64,000 bases of DNA from Burkholderiales bacterium (GTDB lineage: Bacteria; Pseudomonadota; Gammaproteobacteria; Burkholderiales; SG8-39). Position 1 is the stretch's first letter; every line of letters begins with the position of its first letter. Both the position numbers and the translations under genes were made by a program. The notes beneath the pieces are model-generated. The model worked only from the letters and a program-made list of their open reading frames with translations, had not been told where the DNA came from and did no database searches. Where the stretch lies: positions 90,840-154,839 of the forward strand of contig JADLAV010000031.1 in NCBI GenBank assembly GCA_020848075.1, given 5' to 3'. Shown piece by piece: positions 9,750-17,849 of the stretch.

Positions 9750-10343
9750 TCAGAAGGCCGATCCGGGCTGCCTCAGGAACTCCGCCTCCTCCGGCGTCGA
9801 TGCGCGGCCGAGGATCGCGTTCCGGTGCGGGAAGCGCCCGAACCGCGCGATCACGTCGTGGTGCCGCTGCGCGTAGTCGAGTGTCAACGCGCTCCACGCA
9901 TCGTGTCCGAGCCCGCGGAAGAGCTCGAGCGCACGACGCTGCATCGCGGGATCCTCCGCATGCTCGAAGGGCAGGTACGCGAAGCAGCGCTCGACCGGGA
10001 CCATCGCCGCGTCGAACCCGCGCTCGACCAGCCCGCGCGCCGCCGCCAGCGCTTTCGCGTCCGTCGCAAACGCGCGCGGCGTGCCACGGTGCATGTTGCG
10101 CGGGAACTGATCGAGCACGATCACCCGCGCGAGGGCCGCATACGGCGTCCGCTCCCACGCATCCAGCAGGCCCGCCTCGGCGGCCGCATGCGTCGCCAGA
10201 AAACGGCTGCGGATCGTCGCATCGAACGCGTCGGACTTCTCGAACCAGGCCTTGCGCGGCCGCCCGCGTTCGGCGGAGCCGGTCGTCCCGAACCAGAACT
10301 CGAGCACCTCGCGCCAGTGCGCAGGTGCGGAAGCGTCACCCAC
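9750..10343 (-). CDS. DUF924 family protein
   Basis: 197 aa. Has the WFxK...D..I...F and LDQFPRNMHRGTPRAF strings that I associate with DUF924. Confidence 0.75.
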   Translation of the reverse strand: MGDASAPAHWREVLEFWFGTTGSAERGRPRKAWFEKSDAFDATIRSRFLATHAAAEAGLLDAWERTPYAALARVIVLDQFPRNMHRGTPRAFATDAKALAAARGLVERGFDAAMVPVERCFAYLPFEHAEDPAMQRRALELFRGLGHDAWSALTLDYAQRHHDVIARFGRFPHRNAILGRASTPEEAEFLRQPGSAF

Positions 10344-11031
10344 GCCGCGCCTCCCCCGCCGACCGATCGGTGGCGGATCGCTCCTCGCCGCCCGCCCGCC
10401 GCCAGACGAGCAGCCGATTGTTGGCCGGCATCGCGTTGTCTTCCATCAGCACGAACCCTTCCCGCCGCGCCAGCGCATCGGTCGCCTCGAAGTCCCGGAT
10501 CCCCATGCGCGGATCGCGCGAGCGCAGTGAAGCGTCGAAACGCGCATTGCTCTCGGAAGTGAAGCGACCCGCGTAGTTGAATGGCCCATAGAGGCAGAAG
10601 AGACTGCCCGGCCGCAGCGCCGCCGCCGTGCGCGCCACCATCCGCTCGACCTCGGGCCAGCTCATGATGTGGGCGGTGTTGGCGGAGAACACCGCGTCGT
10701 ACCGCGCTTCGGGCCATTTCCCGCCGTTCACGTCGAGCGCGAGCGGCGCTCGCAGATTCGCAAGGCCCGCCGCGTCGATCCACAGCCGGATTCCGGGCAG
10801 GTTTTCGGGCAGATCGCTCGGCTGCCAGGCGAGGTGCGGCAGCCGCGCGGCGAAGTGCACCGCGTGCTGGCCGGTGCCGCTGCCGATCTCGAGCACCTCG
10901 CGGCAATCGCCCAGCCATCGCTCGAGCACCGCGAGGATCGGCGCACGGTTGCGCTCGGAAGCTTCGGAGTACGGTTTCTCCTTGCCCATGGCGCTCGCGG
11001 CGATCGCGCCCGGTGCGAAATCAGCGTTCAT
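10336..11031 (-). CDS. DUF938-type SAM-dependent methyltransferase
   Basis: 231 aa. ERNRAPILAVL near the N-terminus and SAM motif VLEIGSGTGQHAVHF. The start is uncertain; an alternative Met lies at 10989. Confidence 0.75.
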   Translation of the reverse strand: MNADFAPGAIAASAMGKEKPYSEASERNRAPILAVLERWLGDCREVLEIGSGTGQHAVHFAARLPHLAWQPSDLPENLPGIRLWIDAAGLANLRAPLALDVNGGKWPEARYDAVFSANTAHIMSWPEVERMVARTAAALRPGSLFCLYGPFNYAGRFTSESNARFDASLRSRDPRMGIRDFEATDALARREGFVLMEDNAMPANNRLLVWRRAGGEERSATDRSAGEARRG

Positions 11032-11860
11032 GCGTCGCGCGCCACGGCCACGTCCCGGCCTTGCCGCGCACCGTGCCGACCATCTCGCCCTCGCGCACCT
11101 CGCCGTCGAATGCGAGCGGGCCGTCGCCCGCGTCCAGAGTGAAGCGGATCTCGGGGCCGCGCAGCGTCGGCGTGGCGAGCGCCACGGGCCGGCGACCCAG
11201 GGTGGCCTGCCCTTCGATCGCCTGGAAATTCTGGCTGATCCGCAGGTCCGCCTCGCCGGGGGCTGGAAGCGCCGGGCTCCGCAATGCCCACGTGCCGCGC
11301 GCCTCGGCCGGCACGATCCAGAGCATCACCCGGCTCGTACCACCCCCGCCCCGGTTCTTCTCCGGCGCGTAGAAGGTCTCGACCCGGTCGGGACGCCAGC
11401 TCTCCAGATCGAAATCGTGTGCGACGACGCGCGTCCCCGGCCGGAGCTCAGCGAGCAGCTTGTCGCGGAGCTTCAGGTTCACGTCCGGGAGAAGATAGAC
11501 GGTCACGACCGAAGCGGGCGACAGATCGACCTTGAAGAGATCTCCCTCGATGAACCTGACCCGATCGGCGACGCCTGCCTCGCGCGCGTTCAACCGGCTC
11601 ACCTCGACCAGCTTCGGGTCGTACTCGACCCCGATCGCTCGCGCGCCGTAGCGCTTCGCCGCGGCGATCACGATGCGGCCGTCGCCGGAGCCGAGATCCA
11701 TCACCGTGTCGCCCGGCGTCACCCCACCGAGCGCGAGCATCCGCTCGACCGTGGAGTCCGGCGTCGGGACGTAGGGCGAGCTGAAGTCCGATTGCGTTCC
11801 CGTCGTCACCGAACACGAAGCGAGCGCCAGCGCAGCGGCAAGCGCGGTGCAGGCCGCCAT
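11021..11860 (-). CDS. SAM-dependent methyltransferase with an N-terminal lipoprotein-type signal and a C-terminal extra domain
   Basis: Met 45 of ORF 11021..11992. MAACTALAAALALASC (lipobox LASC), SAM motif VMDLGSGDGRI, plus about 100 aa of unassigned C-terminal domain. Confidence 0.65.
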   Translation of the reverse strand: MAACTALAAALALASCSVTTGTQSDFSSPYVPTPDSTVERMLALGGVTPGDTVMDLGSGDGRIVIAAAKRYGARAIGVEYDPKLVEVSRLNAREAGVADRVRFIEGDLFKVDLSPASVVTVYLLPDVNLKLRDKLLAELRPGTRVVAHDFDLESWRPDRVETFYAPEKNRGGGGTSRVMLWIVPAEARGTWALRSPALPAPGEADLRISQNFQAIEGQATLGRRPVALATPTLRGPEIRFTLDAGDGPLAFDGEVREGEMVGTVRGKAGTWPWRATHER

Positions 11861-11979
11861 GCCGCGAACGAACGTAAGCTGGGGATGATCTCGGGCAGCA
11901 GACACGCGAGTGGACGATCGAGAGGCAGTCAAGATGTTACCCGAGGCGCAGCGCCGCCGGCTTGGGGTCGCCTGCAAGA

Positions 11980-12008
11980 TTGGTTGCGGCACGAAGGTCG
12001 CTTAGAAT
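11980..12008 (+). promoter_or_regulatory. Candidate sigma-70 promoter for the tRNA (TTGGTT-N17-TAGAAT)
   Basis: Hexamers read by eye. The -10 ends 47 nt before the tRNA 5' end, so this is tentative. Confidence 0.3.
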
Positions 12009-12055
12009 TCGCCACTCCGGTGCGCGCGTGCGGCCTTCCGGCACGCTCGCCCACG

Positions 12056-12131
12056 GCCCCGGTAGCTCAGTGGATAGAGCAGCCCCCTCCTAAGGGGCAG
12101 GTCGGACGTTCGATTCGTCTCCGGGGCGCCA
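12056..12131 (+). tRNA. tRNA-Arg (anticodon CCU), CCA encoded
   Basis: Manual cloverleaf: acceptor gccccgg/ccggggc, D arm gctc-agtggata-gagc, anticodon arm gcccc-cuCCUaa-ggggc, variable loop aggtc, T arm ggacg-ttcgatt-cgtct, discriminator g, cca. Confidence 0.93.
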
Positions 12132-12262
12132 CAAAATCAAATCGGTAAGGCGCGATCCGGAACCTCCACCCGCCCCAGAGCGCCATCCGCCCGTGGATCC
12201 AGCAAGTCGTCGAATGACCTCGAGCTGGATTCCCACGAACCCTGCCCGCGAGCAGTGTTATC

Positions 12263-12275
12263 GGGGGGGGGGGGG
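12263..12275 (+). repeat. Homopolymeric G13 tract
   Basis: Read directly (tatc GGGGGGGGGGGGG cggg), in the non-coding DNA between the tRNA and the ADH stop. Confidence 0.95.
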
Positions 12276-12311
12276 CGGGAATGACGAGGCGCTCCAGGGC
12301 TTCCCGGACGC

Positions 12312-13469
12312 TTACGCTCGAGCGCGCTCACCCGCTCCGTGTGCCTTCAGGATGACTTTGATCGCATCATCGATGCGCTCTCTCGCATAACGCAGCGCGG
12401 TCGGGAGTTCTGCTAGCGGAAAGGTGTGCGTGTGGATCTTGGTCGCGTCGAAGCGCTTTGCTGCCATGAGCGCATGCGCTCGGTGGGTCGCGCTGCGGCC
12501 CTCGCCGCGAATGCCGAACACGTAGATGTTGTTGCGCACCAGATGCGCGACATCGACCATGGCCGGTTCGTGCGGGAAAGCGGCCAGGCATAGGCGGCCG
12601 CCCCGATTCAGCATCCGCCCTGCGACGTCGACCGCATCGTGAGCGCCCGAGCACTCGAGGACGTAATCGACGCCCGCCCCGCCGGTCAAGCGGCGCACGG
12701 CCTCGACAGGGTCCTCCTGGCGCACGTTGACGACATGATCGGCGCCAAGCTCCAGACCGATTTTCAAACGGTTGTCGCGCGTCCCCGTGAGGATGACCGG
12801 GTCCGCGCCCAACGCCTTCGCGACCGCGGCGCCGAGCAAACCAATCGGGCCGGGGCCCATCACGACGACGCTTTCGCCGGCGATGAGCCCTCCGAGTTCG
12901 GTGAAGCCGTACATGGAGGTTCCGGCCGTGACGACGAGCGCCGCCTCCTCGTCCGTCATCGCATCGGGAATACGGACGAGGGTATTGATGTTGTTGACTG
13001 CATACTCGGCAAAACCGCCGTCGGTCGTGAAGCCATTCGCCCGATGCCCTTTGTCGAACGCGCCGTAGTTGAGGCCGTAGTTCAGGCAGGAGGTGTACAT
13101 CCCCATCCGGCACCGCTTGCACTGCCCACACCCGGCGTGAATTTCGACCGTGATGCGATCGCCGGGTCGGAATTCGTCGACGCCTGGTCCCAAGGCAGCC
13201 ACCGTCCCCATGTACTCGTGCCCCGGGGTGAAATCCTTGTTGAACGGCAACCCGCCCTGGATCATCGCCGGCGCGCCGTTTGCGATCACGTCGAGGTCCG
13301 TCCCACAGATGGCGACCGCATCGATGCGGACCAGCACCTCGGCTCTCTTCGGCACCGGGACCGGCTTCTCGACCAGGGAGAGTTGCCCCGGATCGCCCAA
13401 AACCCAGGCTCGCATGGTCGCAGGGACATCCAACCCAGGCCCACGGTCCGGTAAGCGACTCGCCATCAT
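12312..13469 (-). CDS. Zinc-dependent medium-chain alcohol/polyol dehydrogenase
   Basis: 385 aa. Zn ligand motif PGHEYMGTV, structural-Zn Cys cluster CGQCKRCRMGMYTSC, NAD fold VMGPGPIGLL. The start may instead be the internal MRAWVL. Confidence 0.85.
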   Translation of the reverse strand: MMASRLPDRGPGLDVPATMRAWVLGDPGQLSLVEKPVPVPKRAEVLVRIDAVAICGTDLDVIANGAPAMIQGGLPFNKDFTPGHEYMGTVAALGPGVDEFRPGDRITVEIHAGCGQCKRCRMGMYTSCLNYGLNYGAFDKGHRANGFTTDGGFAEYAVNNINTLVRIPDAMTDEEAALVVTAGTSMYGFTELGGLIAGESVVVMGPGPIGLLGAAVAKALGADPVILTGTRDNRLKIGLELGADHVVNVRQEDPVEAVRRLTGGAGVDYVLECSGAHDAVDVAGRMLNRGGRLCLAAFPHEPAMVDVAHLVRNNIYVFGIRGEGRSATHRAHALMAAKRFDATKIHTHTFPLAELPTALRYARERIDDAIKVILKAHGAGERARA

Positions 13470-13650
13470 GAATGCTCCTCCGGACGCGGACGCAGAGCGC
13501 CTGCCAACGGTGCTTCGACGCGCAAGCTGAACACCATGCTCGCGCGGCCCTTGAATTCCACGGCCGCATGACGACGGCCCGCTGCCCCGCCGCGCTCGAG
13601 GTTACGCGATCGGCGCTTCATGCTTCGCCGACAAGAGATCGGCGTGCGCG

Positions 13651-13687
13651 GCTTGAAATATTACATGCATCGTATAATATTTCAAGC
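13651..13687. promoter_or_regulatory. Perfect 13-bp inverted repeat (GCTTGAAATATTA-N11-TAATATTTCAAGC) with TTGAAA-N16-TAATAT on both strands; likely operator and divergent promoters
   Basis: Read directly. It is the only AT-rich patch in the ADH/GntR intergenic region, and a TATAAT is also present at 13673-13678. Confidence 0.55.
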
Positions 13688-13741
13688 GCTCGCGCAGTAT
13701 CGACACCGCAAGCAACCTCCGATCCGTCCGAATCATCGCCC

Positions 13742-14431
13742 ATGCCACGTGTCGCGCCTCGGAAACTCCTTCGCGATGACATTTACGCCCGGATCAAGGA
13801 GGAAGTGCTCTCCTGCAAGATCCCGCCCGGCACCGAAATGCGCGGGCAAGCGCTCGCCGATCGCTTCGGCGTGAGCGTGTCGCCGACCCGGGATGCGCTC
13901 CATCGTCTGCAGACCGAAGGTCTGATCGAGGTGCTGCCCAACAAGGGCTATTACGTCAGGGAGATTTCGCTCGAGGACGCGCTCGAGCTCTACGAGATGC
14001 GCATCATCCTCGAGAGCGCCTGCGTGGAAAGAGCAGCACGGGCCGCGTTGGGCGCGCATCTCGTGACGCTCGCATCATACGATCGCGGACCGACGGCCGG
14101 ATCTCGACGCGAGTGGATCAAGCACAATAGGAACTTTCACGTCTTTGTCGCCTCGCTCTGCGGCAACAACCGCCTGCTGTCGACTACCCGGGAGGTGATT
14201 CTGGCGTTCGATCGGCTGACATTCGCCAGCATCTCGCAGCTCCACGGGGTGAGAAGCATCGGTTTGACGGCATTACAGGGCATGGATCGCGAGCACGGCG
14301 AAATCATCGCAGCGATGAAAGTGCGCGACGCCGATCTCGCCGCGAGGCTCATGCGAGCTCACATCGAACGATCGCGCACGAGGTTTCTGGAGAGCTATAA
14401 CTCCCCGCCAAGAGCAAAGCGGGCTACGTGA
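13742..14431 (+). CDS. GntR-family transcriptional regulator (FadR/FCD-like C-terminal domain)
   Basis: Internal Met of ORF 13472..14431 (229 aa). wHTH region LRDDIYARIKEEVLSCKIPPGTEMRGQALADRFGVSVSPTRDALHRLQTEGLIE. Confidence 0.85.
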   Translation: MPRVAPRKLLRDDIYARIKEEVLSCKIPPGTEMRGQALADRFGVSVSPTRDALHRLQTEGLIEVLPNKGYYVREISLEDALELYEMRIILESACVERAARAALGAHLVTLASYDRGPTAGSRREWIKHNRNFHVFVASLCGNNRLLSTTREVILAFDRLTFASISQLHGVRSIGLTALQGMDREHGEIIAAMKVRDADLAARLMRAHIERSRTRFLESYNSPPRAKRAT

Positions 14432-14544
14432 AAGAGCGGCGCCTTTCGGTCGAAAGAACCCGAGCGCCGGCAGCCTCGAAAAACGCGGGACATGCTCGGC
14501 CGCACTGCCCGATCGCAGGCCGATGAAGACGGACGAACAAACTC

Positions 14545-15261
14545 ATGAACGAGCCGGCAGCTCACATCCCCAAGGAGGTCTATCTCGATTTCCTTGGCCG
14601 GACGATCGAGATCCACTGGACCTATCACGCCGTGCTGATGGTATTCGCATGGCTCTTCCTGGTGCCGCTCTTCATTCTCATCATCCGTTTCGGCAAACCC
14701 AAGCCGACCTTCTCCGGGCTCAAGCGCAAGGTCGCCATCTACCACAAGGAATGGTGGTGGTTCAGCGCGCACAAATGGGGGCTGTACTTCGCCATGCTGC
14801 TGTCGGTGGGCGGCGGTCTCGTCGCGATCGTCGTCAGCAAGGGTTTCAGCGGCTCGGTGCATTCCGTGTTCGGCATCCTGGCGGTCGCGCTCGGCGTGGT
14901 GCAGGTCGTCGCCGGCTGGCTGCGCGGCACGCACGGCGGCAAATACTACTACACCGCCGATCCGCAGAATCCCGCGACATGGTTCGGCGATCATTACAAC
15001 ATGACGCTGCGGCGCCGGATCTTCGAGGCCTACCACAGGAATGCGGGCTACTTCGCAACCTTCTGCGCGCTGGCTGCGGCCGCCTCCGGGCTCACGCAGT
15101 ATCCCCTGCCCTGGCTCCTCGCCGTCGTGGTCGTCCTGTTCCTGCTGGTGCTGGCGAGCACCGCGGTGCTCGATTTCAAGGGATTGAAGTACGACGGCTA
15201 CAGGGCCGCCCACGGCACCGATCCCGAGCATCCATTCAACAAGGCGCGGAAGGATCTCTAG
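14545..15261 (+). CDS. Five-TM membrane protein with a cytochrome b561-type four-His core and no DOMON domain
   Basis: 238 aa. TM1 HWTYHAVLMVFAWLFLVPLFILIIRF resembles the b561/FRRS1 pattern HGxLMxxAWxxLxPxGxxxAR. Further His residues sit in successive TMs (SAHKWG, SVHSVFG, AYHRNAG). Confidence 0.6.
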   Translation: MNEPAAHIPKEVYLDFLGRTIEIHWTYHAVLMVFAWLFLVPLFILIIRFGKPKPTFSGLKRKVAIYHKEWWWFSAHKWGLYFAMLLSVGGGLVAIVVSKGFSGSVHSVFGILAVALGVVQVVAGWLRGTHGGKYYYTADPQNPATWFGDHYNMTLRRRIFEAYHRNAGYFATFCALAAAASGLTQYPLPWLLAVVVVLFLLVLASTAVLDFKGLKYDGYRAAHGTDPEHPFNKARKDL

Positions 15262-15350
15262 TCGAGCGCCGATTCCGAGCCGTCCAGCGCTCGCTCCATC
15301 CATGATGCGGCAGCGCGATCTGCGATAGCAACCTGCGAGAGCCGAATATC

Positions 15351-16307
15351 ATGGCGGACGTCGTCATTCCCGAGTTCATGGATCAAGAGGCCGCCGGCCT
15401 GCTCCAAGCAGAGTACGACGTGCATTGGGACCGGGATCTCTGGCGCCGGCGGCCCGAGCTTTTCGAGCATGTCGCCGATGCCCGGGCGATCGTGGTCCGC
15501 AACCAGACCCGCGTCGACGCCGAGTTGCTGGCTGCCGCCCCGAGGCTGCGGGTAGTCGCGCGCATGGGCGTCGGCCTCGACAATTTCGATCTCGCCGCCT
15601 GCAAGGCGCGCGGCGTCGACGTCCGTCCGTCCATCGGTGCGAACGCGTTGTCGGTGGCCGAATACGTCATCGCGACAGCGATGATCCTGTTGCGCCGCCA
15701 GGCTCTGTGCAGCACGGCGGCGCTCGTCGCCGGCAACTGGCCGCGCGAGCGGCTGGCGAACGGCGTCGAGCTCGCCGGCCGCACGATGGGCATCGTCGGG
15801 TTCGGCTCCATCGGTCAGGTTGCCGGCGCCAAGGCGAGGGCCATGGGAATGGACCTGATCGCCTACGACTCCATGCTGCCCGCCGACGCGCCGGCGTGGA
15901 GCAATGCCCGGCGCGTCAGCTTCGATGCGCTGATCGCGGAGGCCGACGTCATCTCCCTGCATTGCCCCTTGCTGCCCGAAACGCGCAACTTGATCGGTGC
16001 GCCACAGTTCGCCCGCATGAAGCCCGGCGCCGTCCTGATCAATTCGGCGCGCGGCGGGATCGTCAACGAGGCCGATTGCGCTGCCGCCCTGCGCGAGGGG
16101 CGGATCGCGGGCGCCGCCCTCGATAGTTTCAGTTCGGAGCCGATTACGAAGGAGATCGGAGCCCTGTTCCAGGGGCTCGACAACGTCATCCTGACTCCGC
16201 ACGTGGCCGGCGTCACCGTCGAGGCCAACCAGCGCATCGGCATGGCGGCGGTGGACACGATCCGCCGGGTGCTCGGCGTTGGCCGGGGCTCACCCCGCGC
16301 CGTCTAG
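15351..16307 (+). CDS. D-isomer-specific 2-hydroxyacid dehydrogenase (PGDH-like)
   Basis: 318 aa. NAD motif GIVGFGSIGQ, catalytic region INSARGG...TPHVAG. Confidence 0.85.
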   Translation: MADVVIPEFMDQEAAGLLQAEYDVHWDRDLWRRRPELFEHVADARAIVVRNQTRVDAELLAAAPRLRVVARMGVGLDNFDLAACKARGVDVRPSIGANALSVAEYVIATAMILLRRQALCSTAALVAGNWPRERLANGVELAGRTMGIVGFGSIGQVAGAKARAMGMDLIAYDSMLPADAPAWSNARRVSFDALIAEADVISLHCPLLPETRNLIGAPQFARMKPGAVLINSARGGIVNEADCAAALREGRIAGAALDSFSSEPITKEIGALFQGLDNVILTPHVAGVTVEANQRIGMAAVDTIRRVLGVGRGSPRAV

Positions 16308-16365
16308 CTGCAAGCGGAGCTTCACTCGTCGGAACGAGGTCCGCGCGACCAGAGGAGAAGTGCAC

Positions 16366-17628
16366 ATGGCCAGCCAAGATCTGCCCAAACCCGAATACGC
16401 CCGGAACATGAAGCTGATCGGCTATTCCGATCTGGCAGGACGGCCCGACGGCGTGCAGTTGATGATCAACAAGGGCCACGCATTCGTCGGGCACATGTTC
16501 TCGAAGGGATTCAGCGTCGCCGACGTGAGCGATCCGCGCTCGCCGAAGCCGGTGGCCTACGTGCCTGCCCCGCCCAACACCTGGAATATCCACCTGCAGA
16601 CGCACGGTGACCTGCTGCTCGTCATTCACGCCAAGGACATGTTCGCTGCGACCGAATTCCAGGATGAGCGCGAGTACTACAGCGGAGCGCTCGGCAAGAA
16701 GGTCGGCACGTCCAACGCGACCGCTGGCAGAGCGCGTGACTGGTCCGCCGGCCTGTGCGTCTACGACATCGCCCACCCGGCCGCACCGCGCCAGATCGGG
16801 TTCATGCCGGTCGCCGGCGGCGGCATCCATCGCATCTGGTACACGGGCGGTCGCTGGGCTTACGTCTCGGCCCTCATCGACGGGTTCACCGATTACATCT
16901 TCATGGTCGTCGACATGGCGGACCCGACGCAGCCGAAGGAGGCGGGGCGCTTCTGGCTGCCGGGCATGAACACAGCCGCCGGGGAGGTCCCGAGCTGGGC
17001 GCCGACGCGGCGAAACGGCCTGCACCATGCGATCGTCCACGGCGACACCGCTTATGCCGCCTGGCGCGACGCGGGCCTCGTCATTCTCGACATCGCCGAC
17101 CGCTCGACGCCGAAGCTCGTCACTCACCGCAACTGGTCTCCGCCCTATGGCGGCGGCACGCACAACTGCCTGCCGCTGCCTGACCGCGACCTCCTGGTGG
17201 TGGCGGATGAAGCGGTGCTCGACGATTGCGCGGACGGCGTCAAGTACATCTGGATGTTCGACATCCGCGTGCCTGCGAACCCGGTCAGCATCGCGACGTT
17301 TCCGACGCCTCGCGAGGCCGCTTACTGCAAGAAGGGCGGCCACTTCGGCCCGCACAACATCTACGAGAACCGTCCGGATGGGATGGTGAGCTCCGAGAGG
17401 ATCTTCGCCACCTACCAGAACGCCGGAATCCGCGTCTTCGACATCCGCGACGAGCACCGGCCCGAAGAAATCGCGGCTTTCGTTCCGCCGCCGCCTCGCC
17501 GTCTCGTCGATCACCGTCCGAACCGGCCGCTCGTCATCCAGTCCTGCGACGTCTGGGTGTCCGCCGACGGGCTGATCTACAGCACCGACTACAACGGCGG
17601 CCTCTATATCCTCGAATATCGGGCCTGA
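16366..17628 (+). CDS. LVIVD-repeat beta-propeller protein, no signal peptide
   Basis: ATG at 16366 after agaggagaag (the track ORF starts at a TTG at 16279). 420 aa with repeated G(L/V)x(I/V)xD(I/V) blades: GLCVYDIA, GLVILDIA, IRVFDIRD, GLYILEY. Confidence 0.7.
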   Translation: MASQDLPKPEYARNMKLIGYSDLAGRPDGVQLMINKGHAFVGHMFSKGFSVADVSDPRSPKPVAYVPAPPNTWNIHLQTHGDLLLVIHAKDMFAATEFQDEREYYSGALGKKVGTSNATAGRARDWSAGLCVYDIAHPAAPRQIGFMPVAGGGIHRIWYTGGRWAYVSALIDGFTDYIFMVVDMADPTQPKEAGRFWLPGMNTAAGEVPSWAPTRRNGLHHAIVHGDTAYAAWRDAGLVILDIADRSTPKLVTHRNWSPPYGGGTHNCLPLPDRDLLVVADEAVLDDCADGVKYIWMFDIRVPANPVSIATFPTPREAAYCKKGGHFGPHNIYENRPDGMVSSERIFATYQNAGIRVFDIRDEHRPEEIAAFVPPPPRRLVDHRPNRPLVIQSCDVWVSADGLIYSTDYNGGLYILEYRA

Positions 17629-17849
17629 GCCGCTCGAAGACGAAGAATCGACGACGGCGCCACTCGGCAACACGAGGTCAGGTGGCGCAGCGCTTGCGCG
17701 AAGGCCGTATTGGCCGAACGCCTGAGACTGCCCGGCGGTCCGGCCGTTCGTGTACCGATGCTGGCTGATTCCCGGGCATTTGACCAAGCGCAAGACCAGC
17801 GCCGGCCCGCGCGCGAGAATCAGGCATCGCCAGCAAAGGAGGGCCGATC

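Noticed and set aside
12132-12311. Integrase or mobile-element remnant next to the tRNA
   Set aside because: Both strands give only short ORFs of 64-65 aa (12137..12331 minus, 12193..12390 plus), and I could not recognise integrase-like sequence in them. No inverted repeats were seen.
17645-17663. Possible degenerate attR (gaatcgacgacggcgccac) resembling the tRNA-Arg 3' end (gattcgtctccggggcgccac), located right after the last gene of the lower-GC block
   Set aside because: Only about 15 of 21 positions match, and that requires a 2-nt gap. The perfect core ggcgccac is an 8-mer expected several times by chance in 64 kb at this GC content. The position is suggestive, but this is not evidence on its own. 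A genome comparison would be needed.
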